This document shows positions 9,339 through 19,516 of a stretch of DNA of 64,000 bases, piece by piece; the first letter of the stretch is position 1; the number at the start of each line of letters is the position of its first letter. Both the position numbers and the translations under genes were made by a program. The DNA is taken from the IMG/VR virus record IMGVR_UViG_3300036398_002324, one strand, 5' to 3'. The DNA is from a virus. The notes below the pieces were generated by a model, which was given only the letters and a program-made list of their open reading frames with translations, did no database searches and was not told the origin of the DNA.

Positions 9339-9809
9339 ATGATTAACATAAACGATTATAATTTAACTCTTGTAAAAGAAGATGGCGTGGTTTGTTTAAA
9401 TGGTGACTGCATTGACGGATTCGATTTAAGTAATACAATGCCTTCTGATATTACTTTCGTTCACTGGTATGGCCCAAGAGGCTACGGTGAATTACAGCAT
9501 TCAAAAGACGAAAATGAAGTTACTCCTCCAAATACCAGAATAACATCTGTTGATGAATATTTACCTCTGGTTGAAGAGTGGTTAGAAAAAGACGAAATAC
9601 GTAAACAACCATATGTAAATACCGCTGAAGACAATAAAGAAATAGCTAGAGTAAAATTGTTCATGACAGACTATGTTTATCTTCCTGATGTCAACATACT
9701 AAATAAATCAGATTTTGACGCTTATAGAACATTGATTCGTCAGATATTTTTTAATCCTGTTGGTGGTGAAATAGATTGGCCAGTGGTACCAGATCCACAG
9801 TGGGCTTGA
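9339..9809 (+). CDS. Tail fibre assembly chaperone-like protein
   Basis: Directly follows the fibre; C-terminal TDY..LPD...YR..IR...IDWP..P motif. Confidence 0.65.
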   Translation: MININDYNLTLVKEDGVVCLNGDCIDGFDLSNTMPSDITFVHWYGPRGYGELQHSKDENEVTPPNTRITSVDEYLPLVEEWLEKDEIRKQPYVNTAEDNKEIARVKLFMTDYVYLPDVNILNKSDFDAYRTLIRQIFFNPVGGEIDWPVVPDPQWA

Positions 9810-9822
9810 TAATGGAGATACT

Positions 9823-10128
9823 ATGCAAATTAAACCTGGTAATTTTTGTCCGTTAATTAAAAAAGACTGTATTGGTATTCAGTGCAGTTGGTTCACTCAG
9901 ATTAGAGGTACTAATCCAAATACTGGAGCTGAAATTGACGAATGGAATTGTGCAATAACTTGGTTTCCTGTTTTACTAGTAGAAAATAGTCAACAACAAA
10001 GACAAACAGGTGCTGCGATTGAGAGCTTTAGAAATGAGATGGTAAAGGCAAATGAAAATAGTCAACAAGTTTTATTAGAAACAATAAATCAAACATCAAA
10101 GATAACTAACGAAAAATGGCAAAAATAA
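9823..10128 (+). CDS. Hypothetical Cys-rich fibre-associated protein
   Basis: GGAG RBS; CPLIKKDCIGIQCSWF...C motif. Confidence 0.6.
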   Translation: MQIKPGNFCPLIKKDCIGIQCSWFTQIRGTNPNTGAEIDEWNCAITWFPVLLVENSQQQRQTGAAIESFRNEMVKANENSQQVLLETINQTSKITNEKWQK

Positions 10129-11069
10129 GTACAAGACAACAATTTAAAGAATATTGCCTACGCAAGCTAGGTTTTCCGGTTATCGAAATTAATGTTGATG
10201 ATGACCAAGTGGAAGACCGTATTGATGATGCAATATCTTTTTGGCGTGATTACCATTATGATGGAACAGAAAAACTGTTCATGAAACATCAAATCACACA
10301 AGCAGACATTGAACGTCAATGGATTTATTGTCCTGATGCCGTTCAGTTTGTTATTGGAATATTTCCATTTGACCAATCAAATGCGTCAATCAATATGTTT
10401 GATTTGCGTTATCAGTTACGTTTACATGACTTATATGACTTTACATCAGTATCATATGTGTCATATGAAATTACAATGCAACATTTACGTACATTAAATC
10501 TTTTATTCTCAGGAACTCCACAGTTTCGTTTCAATCGTCATCAAAACAAAGTATTCTTAGACATTGACTGGACACGTGACGTTGAGCCTGGAGATTATGT
10601 TATTGTGGAATGTTATCGTGTTTTAAGTCCAGATACTGTAACTCTAACTGGTACAGTTGCAGGTAGTCCATCATCAAATACAATCGTAGGAACAGGAACA
10701 AAATTTGACCAAGAAATTGTTCCATTTGATTTTATCAATATTGGGGGAGAATCTGTTCAAGTAAAGAACATCGCTTCACCAACAAGTTTAACTTTAGCTT
10801 CACCACCAACACAAACGCATACAGCTTCGACTGTGACAATTGATGGTTTAACAGATATTTACAATGACCGTTTTCTAAAAAAATATGCTACTGCAAAAAT
10901 CAAACAACAGTGGGGTAATAATTTGAAAAAGTTTGAAGGTATTCAAATGCCGGGTGGTGTGACATTGAATGGTCAAAAAATATATGAAGAAGCTGAAGAA
11001 GAGCTTAAAACTATGGAAGAAGAAATGTACCAAATGGGTTCATTACCTTCTGAAATATTTATAGGATAA
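10116..11069 (+). CDS. gp13: Neck protein gp13
   Basis: YCLRKLGFPVIEINVDDDQVEDRID; KQQWGNNLKKFEGIQMPGGVTLNG; T4 synteny. Confidence 0.92.
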   Translation: MAKISTRQQFKEYCLRKLGFPVIEINVDDDQVEDRIDDAISFWRDYHYDGTEKLFMKHQITQADIERQWIYCPDAVQFVIGIFPFDQSNASINMFDLRYQLRLHDLYDFTSVSYVSYEITMQHLRTLNLLFSGTPQFRFNRHQNKVFLDIDWTRDVEPGDYVIVECYRVLSPDTVTLTGTVAGSPSSNTIVGTGTKFDQEIVPFDFINIGGESVQVKNIASPTSLTLASPPTQTHTASTVTIDGLTDIYNDRFLKKYATAKIKQQWGNNLKKFEGIQMPGGVTLNGQKIYEEAEEELKTMEEEMYQMGSLPSEIFIG

Positions 11070-11071
11070 TT

Positions 11072-11980
11072 GTGGCTACTAATTTTTATTTTAATCCTTT
11101 TCCATCTCGTTTAGGTAATGGTAATTCCGTTACTCCAGAACAGTTATTGGTGGAAGATTTGGTTATTGAAGCACTTAAAATATACGGATTGGATGTATAT
11201 TATTTACCAAGAACTACAAGAGATGAAGTAGATTACTTATTTGGCGAAGACGTTCTCAAAGAATATCGTACAGCTTGCCCTATTGAAATGTATCTTGAAA
11301 ATGTTACTGGAATGGAAGGTGAAGGTGATTTTATTTCCAAATTTGGTTTAGAGATTCGTGATGAGATTACTTTTCTAGTTTCAAGATTGCGTTTCCGTTA
11401 TGCTGTGAATGGATTGACTCGTCCACGTGAAGGTGATTTAATTTATATTCCAATGATGACTGGACTGTATGAGATTACTTATGTTGAACATGAAAGTAAT
11501 CAAGCAATGTATTATACTTTAGGTCGTGGTCGTGGCGGCAACGTATACGTATATGCATTAAAAATGAAACAATATGTGTTTTCTTCGGAAATTATTGAAA
11601 CTGGAGTTGCTGAGATTGATAACAATATAAGAGCATATTATCCAAGAACTCGTATATCTCTTGCTGCTGGCGGTACAGGTAAGTTTGTTAATGATGAAAT
11701 AGTTTATCAGGGTTCCACTCTTGCTACATCAACAGCACAAGCACTTGTTCTTGATTTTGTTCCAAATACACATATTGACATTTACAGAACACAAGGTAGT
11801 TTTGTGGACACTTCGGCTGTAAAAGGAAATACATCAGGAGCAAATTGGAGTATCACATTAGTTTCTGATACGGAAACACAAAATAATGCATTTGAAGATA
11901 TCATTGATAATGCTCGTATTGAGGCAGCATCAGATGGTATTATTGATTTTTCAGAAACAAATCCTTTTGGTGAGCCATAA
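11072..11980 (+). CDS. gp14: Neck protein gp14
   Basis: EQLLVEDLVIE..KIYG.DVYYLPR; SKFGLEIRD; RPREGDLIY; DFSETNPFG. Confidence 0.92.
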   Translation: MATNFYFNPFPSRLGNGNSVTPEQLLVEDLVIEALKIYGLDVYYLPRTTRDEVDYLFGEDVLKEYRTACPIEMYLENVTGMEGEGDFISKFGLEIRDEITFLVSRLRFRYAVNGLTRPREGDLIYIPMMTGLYEITYVEHESNQAMYYTLGRGRGGNVYVYALKMKQYVFSSEIIETGVAEIDNNIRAYYPRTRISLAAGGTGKFVNDEIVYQGSTLATSTAQALVLDFVPNTHIDIYRTQGSFVDTSAVKGNTSGANWSITLVSDTETQNNAFEDIIDNARIEAASDGIIDFSETNPFGEP

Positions 11981-12981
11981 TGTTAGGTAACGCACAGTTT
12001 TATCATCGCACCATTCGAAAGATGGTCGTAACTTTTGGTACACTTTTTAACGACCTTGAAATTGTTCGTTATACTCAAGCAGGTACACCAAAAGAAAAAC
12101 TAAAAGTACCACTTTCTTATGGTTCAAAAGAAAGATATCTAACACGAATAACATCTGACCCAAATTTAATTAAGACAATCAACACTCTTGTTCCTCGAAT
12201 GTCTTTTAATTTGGAAAATTTGGAATACGATACAAGTCGTAAACAAGTTTCAACATTACGTAACTTTGCAGGTGAAACAGACTCGACTGTAAAAACACAA
12301 TTTGTTCCTGTTCCATATAATTATGAATTTTCTTTATCTGTGTATGTTCGTAATACTGAAGATGGTACTCAAATATTAGAACAGATATTACCATTCTTTA
12401 CACCAGATTTTAGTGTTGTTGTGGATTTTATTCCATCGATGAATCAAAAATATACCGTTCCAATTATATTAAATTCCGTATCATCTACAGTTGATTATGA
12501 GGGAGTTGATGCTGATGGAACAACTCGTTTAATTATTTGGGATTTAAACTTTACAGCAAAAGGCTTTATTTGGCCACCAGTCAAATCTGGCAATCTTATT
12601 ACACGAGCTAATACTCAATTGTTTATTGATTTATCAAATACATCACAACAAAAAGCATATGTTGATTTTGCAAATGGTTATGGAGTATTGACTCAAGGTG
12701 AAACTGTTCGAGATATTGCAAATAATTTTGTTGCTACGGTAGATTATTTTTCTAATACAACTACAGGTGAAATTATACTTACTGGTGCAAATAAAACTCT
12801 TCAGCCAAATTATGTGTTGACTGGAGATTATTCAAATTCCAGATATGCTGTTCAATCTCTTGACCAAAATGCTGTAAAAGCAGTTAAAGTTATTACCGAA
12901 CCTGACCCATTAAATGCAGGACCAGAAGAAGATTTTGGTTTTACTGAAACTATTATAACATATCCGGATACATTATCATGA
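11980..12981 (+). CDS. gp15: Tail sheath stabiliser / tail terminator gp15
   Basis: FYHRTIRK.V..FGTLFND; PRMSF; QILEQILPFF.P; synteny. Confidence 0.92.
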   Translation: MLGNAQFYHRTIRKMVVTFGTLFNDLEIVRYTQAGTPKEKLKVPLSYGSKERYLTRITSDPNLIKTINTLVPRMSFNLENLEYDTSRKQVSTLRNFAGETDSTVKTQFVPVPYNYEFSLSVYVRNTEDGTQILEQILPFFTPDFSVVVDFIPSMNQKYTVPIILNSVSSTVDYEGVDADGTTRLIIWDLNFTAKGFIWPPVKSGNLITRANTQLFIDLSNTSQQKAYVDFANGYGVLTQGETVRDIANNFVATVDYFSNTTTGEIILTGANKTLQPNYVLTGDYSNSRYAVQSLDQNAVKAVKVITEPDPLNAGPEEDFGFTETIITYPDTLS

Positions 12982-13376
12982 AAAAATTAAATCAAAATTT
13001 ATCCGAAATTTTTGATATAGAACCAATTGAAATAAAAGAACAACCAAAAAAAGAATTGACAACAGTGGATTTTGGTACAGATATCGATACTGACACCAAC
13101 TTTGCTAGAGAAAATATTAAACAACTCATTGAAAAAGGTAGTAAATCTTTTGAAGAATTAACTACTGTAGCAAATCAGTCTGAATCTCCAAGAGCTTATG
13201 AAGTTCTTGCTACTATGATGAAGAGTTTAGCAGACATGAATAAAGATTTATTAGAACTTCAAAAACGTAAAAAAGAATTACAGCCAAAAGAATCAACACA
13301 AAATCTGAACATAGATAAAGCTGTGTTTGTTGGTTCAACAGCGGAACTTGTAAAAATGATTAAATCCAACAAATAA
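12978..13376 (+). CDS. gp16: Terminase small subunit gp16
   Basis: ESPRAYEV and VFVGSTAEL motifs. Confidence 0.9.
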   Translation: MKKLNQNLSEIFDIEPIEIKEQPKKELTTVDFGTDIDTDTNFARENIKQLIEKGSKSFEELTTVANQSESPRAYEVLATMMKSLADMNKDLLELQKRKKELQPKESTQNLNIDKAVFVGSTAELVKMIKSNK

Positions 13377-13387
13377 TTGAGGAAACA

Positions 13388-13822
13388 ATGGAACAATTAA
13401 TAGAACAGATGAAAGTTATTCTTGGTACAAATTTTGGTTTGTACTTCAAAGCACACACATTCCATTGGAATGTAGAAGGTCCTAATTTTGCAGAGTATCA
13501 TGGATTTTTAGGAACATTCTATGATGCTGTATTTGACCAAACAGATTCAATTGCAGAACATATTCGTGCATTAGGTTCATACACTCCAACATCATTGGCA
13601 AGAATGATTGAGCTTTCCAAAGTCAACGACTTGGTGGCTATTCCATCACCACTTATTATGATGAGTGAACTTGCAAACGATAATGATAAATTTATTATGG
13701 AACTCCGTTCAGGAATTGCTCTTGCTGATGCTGCTGATGAGCCAGCAGTAGGAAACTTTTTACAAGATATTTTAGATGCTCATCAAAAACACGGATGGAT
13801 GTTGAGAAGTTTTACACGATAA
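13388..13822 (+). CDS. dps: Dps / DNA-protecting ferritin-like protein
   Basis: KAHTFHWNVEGPNF..YH, DSIAEHIRALG, HQKHGWMLRS ferroxidase signature. Confidence 0.88.
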   Translation: MEQLIEQMKVILGTNFGLYFKAHTFHWNVEGPNFAEYHGFLGTFYDAVFDQTDSIAEHIRALGSYTPTSLARMIELSKVNDLVAIPSPLIMMSELANDNDKFIMELRSGIALADAADEPAVGNFLQDILDAHQKHGWMLRSFTR

Positions 13823-13825
13823 AAA

Positions 13826-15457
13826 ATGGAAGACGGATACCTTGGTAATGCCCGGTTAAAAAAAGCCGGTGTTGAAATATCCTATACTGAAGAACAAGTT
13901 TTAGAAATAGCAAAATGTGCTGAAGACCCAGTATATTTTATTCGAAACTATGTAAAGATTGTCAACGTTGACCGTGGTCTTGTGCCATTTGAAATGTGGG
14001 ACTTTCAAGAAAACATGGTTCGCACATTTCATGACAATCGTTTCTGTATTGCAAAGATGCCACGCCAAGTTGGTAAAACAACTACGACTGTTGGTTACAT
14101 GTTATGGTCGGCTTTGTTCAATGAAGAATATGTTATTGGTATTCTTGCAAACAAACTCCAACTTGCACAAGACATCCTAGGCAAAATTCAGAAAGCTTTT
14201 GAATATCTTCCATCATGGCTTCAACAAGGCATCATAAACTGGAATAAACGTTCAATTGAATTAGAAAACGGTTCTAAGATTTATGCATATGCTACATCTT
14301 CTGCGGGTGTTCGTGGCGGTACATATAATTTAATTTTTCTTGATGAGTTTGCGTTCGTTCCACATAACATGGCAGTGGACTTTTTCACTTCTACTTATCC
14401 TGTTATTTCATCTGGTAAATCCTCAAAAGTAATTATTGTTTCTACGCCTAATGGCTTAAATCTGTTTTATAAAATGTGGACAGATGCGATTGAAAATCGG
14501 TCAACATATAAAACACTTGAAGTTCACTGGTCAATGGTACCAGGCCGAGATGAAAAGTGGAAAGAAGAAACGATAAGAAACACTTCGGAAGAACAGTTCC
14601 GACAAGAGTTTGAGACTGAGTTTATTGGTTCGGCTGCTACCCTAATATCTGGTGCCAAACTACGCTCAATGGCGTTCCATGACCCAATGCGTATTGAAGA
14701 TGATGGTCATTTAGCCATATATGAAAATCCTAAACCAGGAAGAATCTACATTGCTACTGTAGACTGCTCGGAAGGTGTTAACCTAGACTATCACACAATC
14801 AATATTATTGATGCAACTGAAGCTCCCTACAAACAAGTTGCACTGTATCGTAATAATAAATTACCGTTAATGTTTTTACCTACGGTAATTTATGCATTGG
14901 CAAATCGGTATAATGAAGCTTATGTTTTGATTGAAACCAATAATGTCGGTCAGCAGGTGGTGGACATACTACATTATGATTTGGAGTACGGAAACATTTA
15001 TAGACTTGAGCATCATCATATCAAAGGTCAAAGTATCTCATCTGGATTCAAACGTTCAGTGGCTTTTGGTATTAAAACCACCAAATCAGTCAAGAAAATT
15101 GGTTGTGCGAACTTAAAAACATTGATAGAAAATGACAAACTAATTATCAATGATTTTAACACCATAGCTGAACTGAACACATTTGTTCGCACCAAAGATA
15201 CTTATGCTGCCGAAGAGGGCAATAATGATGATATCGTTATGGGTTTGGTGGTATATTCTTGGTTGACAGCGCAAGCGTTTTTCAAAGATGAGACACGAAT
15301 TGACATTCGTAAAATTATGCTGGAAGAGCAAAACATGCTTGGAGAAGAAAACATGCTTCCATTTGGTTTTATTGAAGATGGATTGTCTAGAGAAGCTGAG
15401 ATTGCTGATGGAGATTTATGGGAGCCTCCAGCTGGCTATTTATCATCAAATTTATAA
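13826..15457 (+). CDS. gp17: Terminase large subunit gp17
   Basis: PRQVGKTT Walker A, IFLDEFAF Walker B, VSTPNG, nuclease DDIVM. Confidence 0.95.
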   Translation: MEDGYLGNARLKKAGVEISYTEEQVLEIAKCAEDPVYFIRNYVKIVNVDRGLVPFEMWDFQENMVRTFHDNRFCIAKMPRQVGKTTTTVGYMLWSALFNEEYVIGILANKLQLAQDILGKIQKAFEYLPSWLQQGIINWNKRSIELENGSKIYAYATSSAGVRGGTYNLIFLDEFAFVPHNMAVDFFTSTYPVISSGKSSKVIIVSTPNGLNLFYKMWTDAIENRSTYKTLEVHWSMVPGRDEKWKEETIRNTSEEQFRQEFETEFIGSAATLISGAKLRSMAFHDPMRIEDDGHLAIYENPKPGRIYIATVDCSEGVNLDYHTINIIDATEAPYKQVALYRNNKLPLMFLPTVIYALANRYNEAYVLIETNNVGQQVVDILHYDLEYGNIYRLEHHHIKGQSISSGFKRSVAFGIKTTKSVKKIGCANLKTLIENDKLIINDFNTIAELNTFVRTKDTYAAEEGNNDDIVMGLVVYSWLTAQAFFKDETRIDIRKIMLEEQNMLGEENMLPFGFIEDGLSREAEIADGDLWEPPAGYLSSNL

Positions 15458-15460
15458 AAA

Positions 15461-15468
15461 ACTAAATA
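15461..15468 (+). promoter_or_regulatory. T4-type late promoter (ACTAAATA) for gp18
   Basis: Variant of TATAAATA in the intergenic gap, followed by an A-rich leader and AAGGAG. Confidence 0.6.
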
Positions 15469-15513
15469 CAATAACAAAAAGAAAATTGACCCAAACAATA
15501 AAGGAGAAATCCA

Positions 15514-17202
15514 ATGGCATTTCAATTATCACCTGGAGTAAATGTATCAGAGATTGACCTGACTACAGTTATTCCTTCAGTGGGCACTTCTACAGGTGCT
15601 TTTGTAGGACCTTTTGCTTGGGGACCATGTGGTGAAGTTACAACTGTTTCCGATGAAGTTCGTTTAGTCGATTCATTTGGTAAACCAGATAGCACAAATT
15701 ATGAATACTGGTTCTCTGCTGCAAACTTTCTTGCATACGGAAATAATCTAAAAGTCGTTCGTGCATTCAATTCATCATCTACTTTGAATGCTACAGCAAA
15801 CGGTACTGGTTTGTTGATTAAAAATCAAAGCGATTATGAAGAAAATCATACAGGATATGCTGCAAATTCTTATAACGGTTTCGGCGCACGTTGGGCTGGT
15901 GCTTTAGGTAACTCATTAAGCGTTTCTATGGCTGATGCTGCATCATATTCAACTTGGGCATATAAAACTCAATTTACATCTGCACCAAGTAATTCAAGTT
16001 ATGTAGCAGCAAGAAATGGTTCGTTTGACGAACTTCATGTTGTTGTTGTAGACCAAGATGGATTGTTTAGTGGTACAGAAGGCACAGTTCTTGAAAAATA
16101 TTCATTTGTTTCGAAAGCATCTGACGCTAAAGATGACTCTGGAAATTCAAATTACTACAAGAATGTAATTCAATCTAAGTCAAAATATATTTGGTGGTTG
16201 TCACATCCAACACAAAATACTGGTGTAGGAACAGCATGGGGTTCATCAGCGAATGCATCTAGTTTTGCAAACACAACTGGTAATGTAACGTTCTCGTTGT
16301 CTGGTGGAGCAGATGGTACAGTTGATACTTCACAAATTACTACAAGCTGGGACCAATTCAAGAATGCAGAATCAGTAGACATTTCACTCTGTGTAACTGG
16401 CACAGGTAATTCTACAATTTCAAGTTATGTTATTGACAATATTGTAGGAACACGTAAAGATTGCGTTGCATTTGTTTCACCAACCAAAGCAAGTGTTGTG
16501 GACAATTCTGGTAATGAAGTTAGTGACATTACTACATTCCGTAATTCACTTACATCATCTTCATATGCAGTTCTAGATTCTGGTTACAAATATCAATACG
16601 ACAAATACAGTGATGTTTATCGTTGGGTACCATTAAACGGTGACATTGCTGGTCTGTGTGTAAGAACAGACCAAGAACGTGACCCATGGTTTTCACCTGG
16701 TGGTTTAAATCGTGGCGTTATCAAGAACGTTGTAAAACTTGCTTGGAATCCACTAAAATCAGAACGTGATTCATTGTATTCTGTTGGCGTAAATCCTGTT
16801 GTTTCTTTCCCAGGAGAAGGTACAGTTCTGTTCGGTGACAAAACATTACTGAGCAAGCCAAGTGCATTTGATCGTATCAATGTTCGTCGTTTATTCATCA
16901 CTCTTGAAAAAGCAATTTCACGTGCAGCACGTTTCTCGTTGTTTGAATTTAATGATCAATTCACACGCGCACAGTTTGTTGCTCTAGTTGAGCCATTCTT
17001 ACGTGACGTTCAAGGTCGTCGTGGTATCACAGACTATCGAGTTGTGTGTGACGATACAAACAACACTGGAGAAGTTATTGATCGTAATGAATTCGTTGGT
17101 GACATCTATATTAAACCAGCACGTTCTATCAACTTCATTCAATTGAACTTCGTAGCAGTTCGTACGGGAGTATCTTTCAATGAAGTCGTAGGTGCGGCAT
17201 AA
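15514..17202 (+). CDS. gp18: Tail sheath protein gp18
   Basis: QLSPGVNVSEIDLT; PWFSPGGLNRG; FDRINVRRLF; IKPARSINFIQLNF. Confidence 0.96.
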   Translation: MAFQLSPGVNVSEIDLTTVIPSVGTSTGAFVGPFAWGPCGEVTTVSDEVRLVDSFGKPDSTNYEYWFSAANFLAYGNNLKVVRAFNSSSTLNATANGTGLLIKNQSDYEENHTGYAANSYNGFGARWAGALGNSLSVSMADAASYSTWAYKTQFTSAPSNSSYVAARNGSFDELHVVVVDQDGLFSGTEGTVLEKYSFVSKASDAKDDSGNSNYYKNVIQSKSKYIWWLSHPTQNTGVGTAWGSSANASSFANTTGNVTFSLSGGADGTVDTSQITTSWDQFKNAESVDISLCVTGTGNSTISSYVIDNIVGTRKDCVAFVSPTKASVVDNSGNEVSDITTFRNSLTSSSYAVLDSGYKYQYDKYSDVYRWVPLNGDIAGLCVRTDQERDPWFSPGGLNRGVIKNVVKLAWNPLKSERDSLYSVGVNPVVSFPGEGTVLFGDKTLLSKPSAFDRINVRRLFITLEKAISRAARFSLFEFNDQFTRAQFVALVEPFLRDVQGRRGITDYRVVCDDTNNTGEVIDRNEFVGDIYIKPARSINFIQLNFVAVRTGVSFNEVVGAA

Positions 17203-17205
17203 ATA
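17198..17205 (+). promoter_or_regulatory. Late promoter (CATAAATA) for gp19
   Basis: Overlaps the gp18 stop; upstream of AGGAG RBS. Confidence 0.55.
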
Positions 17206-17227
17206 AGAGAGAAACAGGAGAAAATAA

Positions 17228-17773
17228 ATGGCATTTAACGTAAATCAATTCCGCTCTCAACTTCAAAGTGACGGCGCACGTCCTAATCTGTTTGAAGTGA
17301 GTATGCCGTTTCCTGCATTCTCATTACCAGGAAACGCACAAACAAAAATGACGTTCATGTGTAAAACAGCACAACTTCCAGGTTCAACTCTGGGCGTTGT
17401 GCCTGTTCAATACTTCGGTCGTGAATTAAAGTTCGTAGGTAATCGTACTTTTGCAGATTGGACAGTTACAATTATCAACGATGAAGACTTTGCAGTTCGT
17501 AATGCATTTGAACGTTGGATGAATGGCATTAATAGCCATAATCTTAATGTTCGTAATCCAATTGCTGGAACACCACTAGGATATACTGTTGATGGTGAAG
17601 TTACTCAGTTTGGAAAAGCAGGTAACTCAATTAAAAAATATAAATTTGTAGGTTTATTTCCAACAGATATCACTCCAATCGATGTTGATTGGGGCTCAAA
17701 TGATACTATTGAAGAATTTTCTGTAACGCTTACCTATCAGTGGTGGGAAGCAGTAGCAGACGGTGTGGTCTAA
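17228..17773 (+). CDS. gp19: Tail tube protein gp19
   Basis: GARPNLFEV; GRELKFVGNRTFADWTVTIINDEDF; IEEFSVT. Confidence 0.96.
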   Translation: MAFNVNQFRSQLQSDGARPNLFEVSMPFPAFSLPGNAQTKMTFMCKTAQLPGSTLGVVPVQYFGRELKFVGNRTFADWTVTIINDEDFAVRNAFERWMNGINSHNLNVRNPIAGTPLGYTVDGEVTQFGKAGNSIKKYKFVGLFPTDITPIDVDWGSNDTIEEFSVTLTYQWWEAVADGVV

Positions 17774-17799
17774 AAGTAGGGGGGACACCCCTACTTTTT
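17772..17799 (+). terminator. Rho-independent terminator after gp19
   Basis: AAAAGTAGGGG-ggaca-CCCCTACTTTTT. Confidence 0.85.
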
Positions 17800-17824
17800 A
17801 TTATAAAATGAAAGGAAAATTCTA

Positions 17825-19504
17825 GTGGCGATTAAGCTGTTTGGCTTTACTTTAGGTTCGAAAGATGTTGTTCAGAAAGAAAAACCTGAACAATCATCTT
17901 TCGTTCTTCCTTCCGCTGCACAACTAGATGACGGTGCTGTTACTATTACGCAAAATGCGTATTATGGCACATACGTAGATTTAGAAGGTTCAGTTCGTAA
18001 TGAGATAGAACTTATCACTCGTTACCGTGAAATGTCCAATCATCCAGAGTGTCAAATGGCAATTGATGAAATCGTCAATGAAGCCATAACACACGATGAT
18101 AGAGGCAAAGTTGTTGATATTGTTTTAGATAATCTGAAACAACCAGAATCAATTAAGAAAAAAATTATTGAAGAGTTTGATAATGTCCAAAAGATGTTAA
18201 ACTTTTCAAACTTAGCCGACGACTTATTTAAACGTTGGTACATTGACGGTCGCATGTTCTACCATGTGGTAGTTAATGATAAGAATCCAAAAGAAGGTAT
18301 TCAAGAACTCCGTTATATTGACCCACGTAAAATTCGTAAAGTGCGTGAAGTCAAAAAAGAAAGAGATCCCAAAACCGGTGCTTTAATTGTCGAATCTGTT
18401 GCTGAATATTATGTGTACAATGACCGAGGTACAACAACTCAAACGTTTACTGCAAACGTAACTCAAGGTCTTCGTATTGCACCAGAATCCATTATTAATG
18501 TTAATTCAGGTTTGATGGATGCAAAGAATACTTTTGTTATTTCATATCTACACAAAGCAATCAAGCCACTCAATCAGTTACGTATGATTGAAGATGCGAT
18601 TGTTATCTATCGTATTTCACGTGCGCCAGAACGCCGTATTTTCTACATTGACGTTGGTAATTTACCAAAAGGTAAAGCCGAACAATATCTCCGTGATATC
18701 ATGATCAAGTATCGTAACAAAATGGTTTACGATGCCAATACTGGTGAACTGCGTGATGAACGTAAACATTTATCGATGTTGGAAGATTTCTGGTTGCCAC
18801 GTAGAGAAGGTGGTAAAGGAACAGAAATTACTACTTTACCCGCTGGTCAAAATCTTGGTGAATTAGAAGATGTAAAATATTTCCAAAAGAAACTATTACA
18901 ATCACTGAACGTTCCATACTCACGCTTAGAATCGCAAGAAGGTGGAATGGCTGGTCTAGGTCGTTCACAAGAAGTTACACGTGACGAACTAAAATTTGCA
19001 AAATTTGTTATTCGTTTACGTAATAAATTTTCACAACTATTTGATGAGGCTTTAAAAATTCAATTAGTTTTAAAAGGTATTTGTACTCGTGAAGAATGGG
19101 AACAATTCAAAGAAGATATCTATTATGATTTCCGTAAAGATAATAACTTCACTGAACTTCGTGAAGCAGAGTTATTGCAGAATAGATTGCAAATGGTAGG
19201 TTTAGTTGACCCATATATCGGTCGATATTTTTCTCAACAGTATGTTATGAACAAAGTTTTAATGATGACTGATGAGGAAATTGAAGCTATGCGAGAGAAA
19301 ATACAAGAAGAAAAAGAAACGCTACCAGATGATATGCAAGGACCTATAATGCAGCAGGGCGGAGCTGAAGAACAGCAACCGCAATCTGACCAACCTCCAG
19401 TTGACAATACCGTTGAAAATGCCAATGAAACGGAATCATTAACGCCTCAGCTTGATGATGAGGTAAACAAGTCAGTAATTAGTATAAATAATAGACGCAA
19501 ATAA
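17825..19504 (+). CDS. gp20: Portal protein gp20
   Basis: RAPERRIFYIDVGNLPKGKAEQY; EDFWLPRREGGKGTEITTLP. Confidence 0.96.
   Translation: MAIKLFGFTLGSKDVVQKEKPEQSSFVLPSAAQLDDGAVTITQNAYYGTYVDLEGSVRNEIELITRYREMSNHPECQMAIDEIVNEAITHDDRGKVVDIVLDNLKQPESIKKKIIEEFDNVQKMLNFSNLADDLFKRWYIDGRMFYHVVVNDKNPKEGIQELRYIDPRKIRKVREVKKERDPKTGALIVESVAEYYVYNDRGTTTQTFTANVTQGLRIAPESIINVNSGLMDAKNTFVISYLHKAIKPLNQLRMIEDAIVIYRISRAPERRIFYIDVGNLPKGKAEQYLRDIMIKYRNKMVYDANTGELRDERKHLSMLEDFWLPRREGGKGTEITTLPAGQNLGELEDVKYFQKKLLQSLNVPYSRLESQEGGMAGLGRSQEVTRDELKFAKFVIRLRNKFSQLFDEALKIQLVLKGICTREEWEQFKEDIYYDFRKDNNFTELREAELLQNRLQMVGLVDPYIGRYFSQQYVMNKVLMMTDEEIEAMREKIQEEKETLPDDMQGPIMQQGGAEEQQPQSDQPPVDNTVENANETESLTPQLDDEVNKSVISINNRRK
19483..19490 (+). 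promoter_or_regulatory. Late promoter TATAAATA
   Basis: Exact T4 late consensus upstream of the prohead core genes. Confidence 0.75.
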
Positions 19505-19516
19505 TAGGGAGTTACC

